Assembly (NCBI GenBank): GCA_903813345.2 | Contig: CAIIXF020000001.1 | Span: 32,550,001-32,614,000, forward strand | Direction of reading: 5' to 3' | Origin: Owenia fusiformis | Lineage: Eukaryota | Length of the DNA stretch: 64,000 bases | Shown here: one piece after another, positions 61,055 to 64,000 of the stretch | How positions within the stretch are numbered: the first letter of the stretch is position 1 | Layout: every line of letters begins with the position of its first letter | Translations under genes and position numbers: made by a program | The notes under the pieces: generated by a model | Told to the model about the DNA's origin: nothing | What the model saw: only the letters and a program-made list of their open reading frames with translations | Databases searched by the model: none

Positions 61055-61555
61055 TCAAGATGGTGAAATAGCGAAAGGTAAAAATCTGATGAGTTTGCAT
61101 TTGGATGAAGCGCATAAAATTTACAAAGAAGTTAATAATTGAAAGGAAATTGTTGCATTGGAAATGAATGGACGAAACACATTGATTGAGACTGAGATAA
61201 CGAGATCGGATGGAAGCAATGAACGCACCTATTAAAGATAAAATTGATCAGGGGAACAGACTGAGATCTAGTGTATGGTTGACCAACCCCCTGAATTTCT
61301 GACGATGCACAATTGCTTTGATTTAGTCTATTGCAAGTTCGTGAAACTTCAATCATTCAAATCATCCAAAAGAAAGTATGATGTACCCAATTCATTGCCA
61401 TGCCCATCAACTTATATGACCTTACTTCCTGCGAAAGCTATTTGGATTTTGATATAATAGCTTTCCCACGGAGCATTTGGACAGCTCAATGATCGTGACC
61501 TTTGAAATCGAATTAAGTCGATCCGCGGCTTACTTTTGGTCTCTAACTGTGTCTT

Positions 61556-62055
61556 NNNNNNNNNNNNNNNNNNNNNNNNNNNNNNNNNNNNNNNNNNNNN
61601 NNNNNNNNNNNNNNNNNNNNNNNNNNNNNNNNNNNNNNNNNNNNNNNNNNNNNNNNNNNNNNNNNNNNNNNNNNNNNNNNNNNNNNNNNNNNNNNNNNNN
61701 NNNNNNNNNNNNNNNNNNNNNNNNNNNNNNNNNNNNNNNNNNNNNNNNNNNNNNNNNNNNNNNNNNNNNNNNNNNNNNNNNNNNNNNNNNNNNNNNNNNN
61801 NNNNNNNNNNNNNNNNNNNNNNNNNNNNNNNNNNNNNNNNNNNNNNNNNNNNNNNNNNNNNNNNNNNNNNNNNNNNNNNNNNNNNNNNNNNNNNNNNNNN
61901 NNNNNNNNNNNNNNNNNNNNNNNNNNNNNNNNNNNNNNNNNNNNNNNNNNNNNNNNNNNNNNNNNNNNNNNNNNNNNNNNNNNNNNNNNNNNNNNNNNNN
62001 NNNNNNNNNNNNNNNNNNNNNNNNNNNNNNNNNNNNNNNNNNNNNNNNNNNNNNN
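61556..62055. other. Assembly gap (500 N)
   Basis: Run of N. Confidence 1.
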
Positions 62056-63562
62056 TGAGTCTGGGAATGGAAAAACACCAATGGAAACATTGAAAATTGA
62101 GTCTGCTGATGGACCACCAGCACAAGCTGCATCCTTGAGGCAACTGAGCCTGAGTGCATTATCAGAATTGGTTAGTACATACATGAATGCTTTTATATTT
62201 CCAATATAGAATGATACATGATTCTTTATTGCAATTCAAACATGACTATGGTCAATGATGAAGTAGAACAGTTCATCATTTACATCTACAAGATTGTTAT
62301 CTTTGAAGAAATTAAATTTTATATGTTTTTGGATGAGATTATTATTTAGAAATACTAAATAGGGGTGTTGGGTAACAATTGATATTCGTTTGAAAAATAT
62401 TGAGTAGGTTTAGTTTGTCAAAATATTAAAGGAATTAAAATAATTAATTTGATGCAGAAAAAATATGAAAACTTAGTTGGAAAATCATAACATTGACTAA
62501 AATGAACACACTGATGATATGCTGTCACCCCTTTTTAAAGAACAGCCCGTGCATTTATCAAAAATTAAATGCACAGCAAAATCATTTTCATGCATATATC
62601 AATAAATTAACACACTGAAATGCTTTGAGCTGATTGGCTGAGACACACTTGGCATGTTTGAATTATCTCTAACACTTCCAAAACCCAGATAGCAGTATCT
62701 TTATCTTTAATGTAGAATATTTCTAGTATTGGCTGATCTTAAATGTCTACATTGCTAAAATTAAAATTATCAATTCCATGATTCCAGATACATTCAAAAT
62801 CCCATTAGGCAATATCAAACACGCCCCTGAGGAGTACCGACAGGTAGTCAGGTCATCGAATGTGTGGGACAGATTGCCTTTATATCTGTAATGCTCCCAA
62901 CAACATACAAGGGTGACTACAGAGAGGCCACCATCTACCATGCCATAGGGGGAATGAACTTTTGGAAGCAATGATGGAGCAGGATGGAAAGTAAGATTTA
63001 AGTACATTACTTCTAGGATTTTTCAAGTTAATTTATTGTCTTGATGATGACTAGGATTTTTTCTATTTTTAAATTTTTATAAAATGGCAAATATGCATCT
63101 CGTCAGAATGTAAAGGAATTCCCCCTAATTTCTGAAAAAATGATATGAAGTAAGTGAAAGTAATATTACTTCCAAGAGTTATTCATAAACCGAGTATTGT
63201 TAATTCCCTTTCAGCACCATGATAGAATGCCAACTGTTCCAATGTGACAGTATTAAAGAGACACTAATTGTGGGTAACACATATATAAGGAACATTTGTT
63301 CCTTATATAACCCCATGATATTTCAAGTAAGTGCTATATTTCTATTTTTTGTTTATCACCCTATGCAGACAGAGCCTGTGGGAAATATTGGGTGTGGCGC
63401 AAATGAGCGGAGGGTGCGGAGCTAACGGTCATTTTTGAATTTAAAATTGGGATATTTCTGAAACTAAGCCGTTTTGGGACTTCAAATATACCAAGATATG
63501 TGTATTTGACACCAAATATCAATAAAATTGTGAAAATAGTAGCGCAATTCATTTTATAGCGA

Positions 63563-64000
63563 CACAGTATGCCTTAAACATTTCCCAGACCTATATATTT
63601 TGAGACTATCCTTTTAATACTGCGTCCCCAGCATTCATAAAAAATGGTGTTCAAGATACACTACCCATGCAAATTATTTTTGCATCTTGGAAGCCAGGCA
63701 GTATCTGTGTGATTTTATAAAAATTCGGAAATGTTATTCAGATATGAGCCCCTCTAAATATTGGGTGCGGAGCTACGTTTATGGAGCTGCTCCGCACCCA
63801 ATATTCAGAGGGGGCTCATATCTGAAAAAATTTCCGAATTTTTATAAAATCACACAGATACTGCCTGGCTTCCAAGATGCAAAAAATAATTTGTATAGAT
63901 AGTGCACCTTGAACACCATTTTTTATGAATGCTGGGGACTCAGTATTAAAAGGATAATTTCAAAATATATAGGTCTGGGAAAGGTTTAAGGCACATTGCG
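63563..64000. mobile_element. Near-perfect ~440-bp palindromic MITE with RSS-heptamer-like termini (Transib-like)
   Basis: ~210-bp arms pair around ~63775-63790; left end CACAGTATGCC, right end rc CGCAATGTGCC; right flank lies outside the window so the TSD is untestable. Confidence 0.7.

Noticed and set aside
61412..62184. Long ORFs spanning 61.4-62.2 kb
   Set aside because: They run through the 500-N assembly gap.

Overview
AT-rich animal genomic DNA, probably a marine invertebrate (lophotrochozoan-like repeat types; taxon is inference). One host gene is visible: three spliced minus-strand coding exons of a TMEM26-family membrane protein (39121-38959, 29234-29031, 28719-27217; first exon not found) with an unusually long Ser/Pro-rich C-terminal tail. 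Nearly everything else is mobile DNA. There is a very young, intact 10.2-kb Ty3/Gypsy LTR retrotransposon (10249-20457; 736-bp LTRs, TATT TSD, tRNA-Leu-type PBS) whose single gag-pol ORF ends in a chromodomain. It sits inside a nested stack whose outermost shell has RSS-heptamer-like termini and a 5-bp TSD (Transib/RAG-transposon-like). Also present: a Penelope-like GIY-YIG remnant with a minimal hammerhead-ribozyme motif nearby, an L1/Tx1 LINE 3' fragment, many non-autonomous DNA transposons (MULE-, Harbinger-, Academ-, Tc1/mariner-, Kolobok-, Helentron-like), a 76-bp micro-element family with 9-bp TSDs, micro/minisatellites, decayed unidentified ORFs and a 500-N gap. All alignments and counts were made by eye; superfamily calls rest on termini/TSD rules and motif recognition, not database searches.
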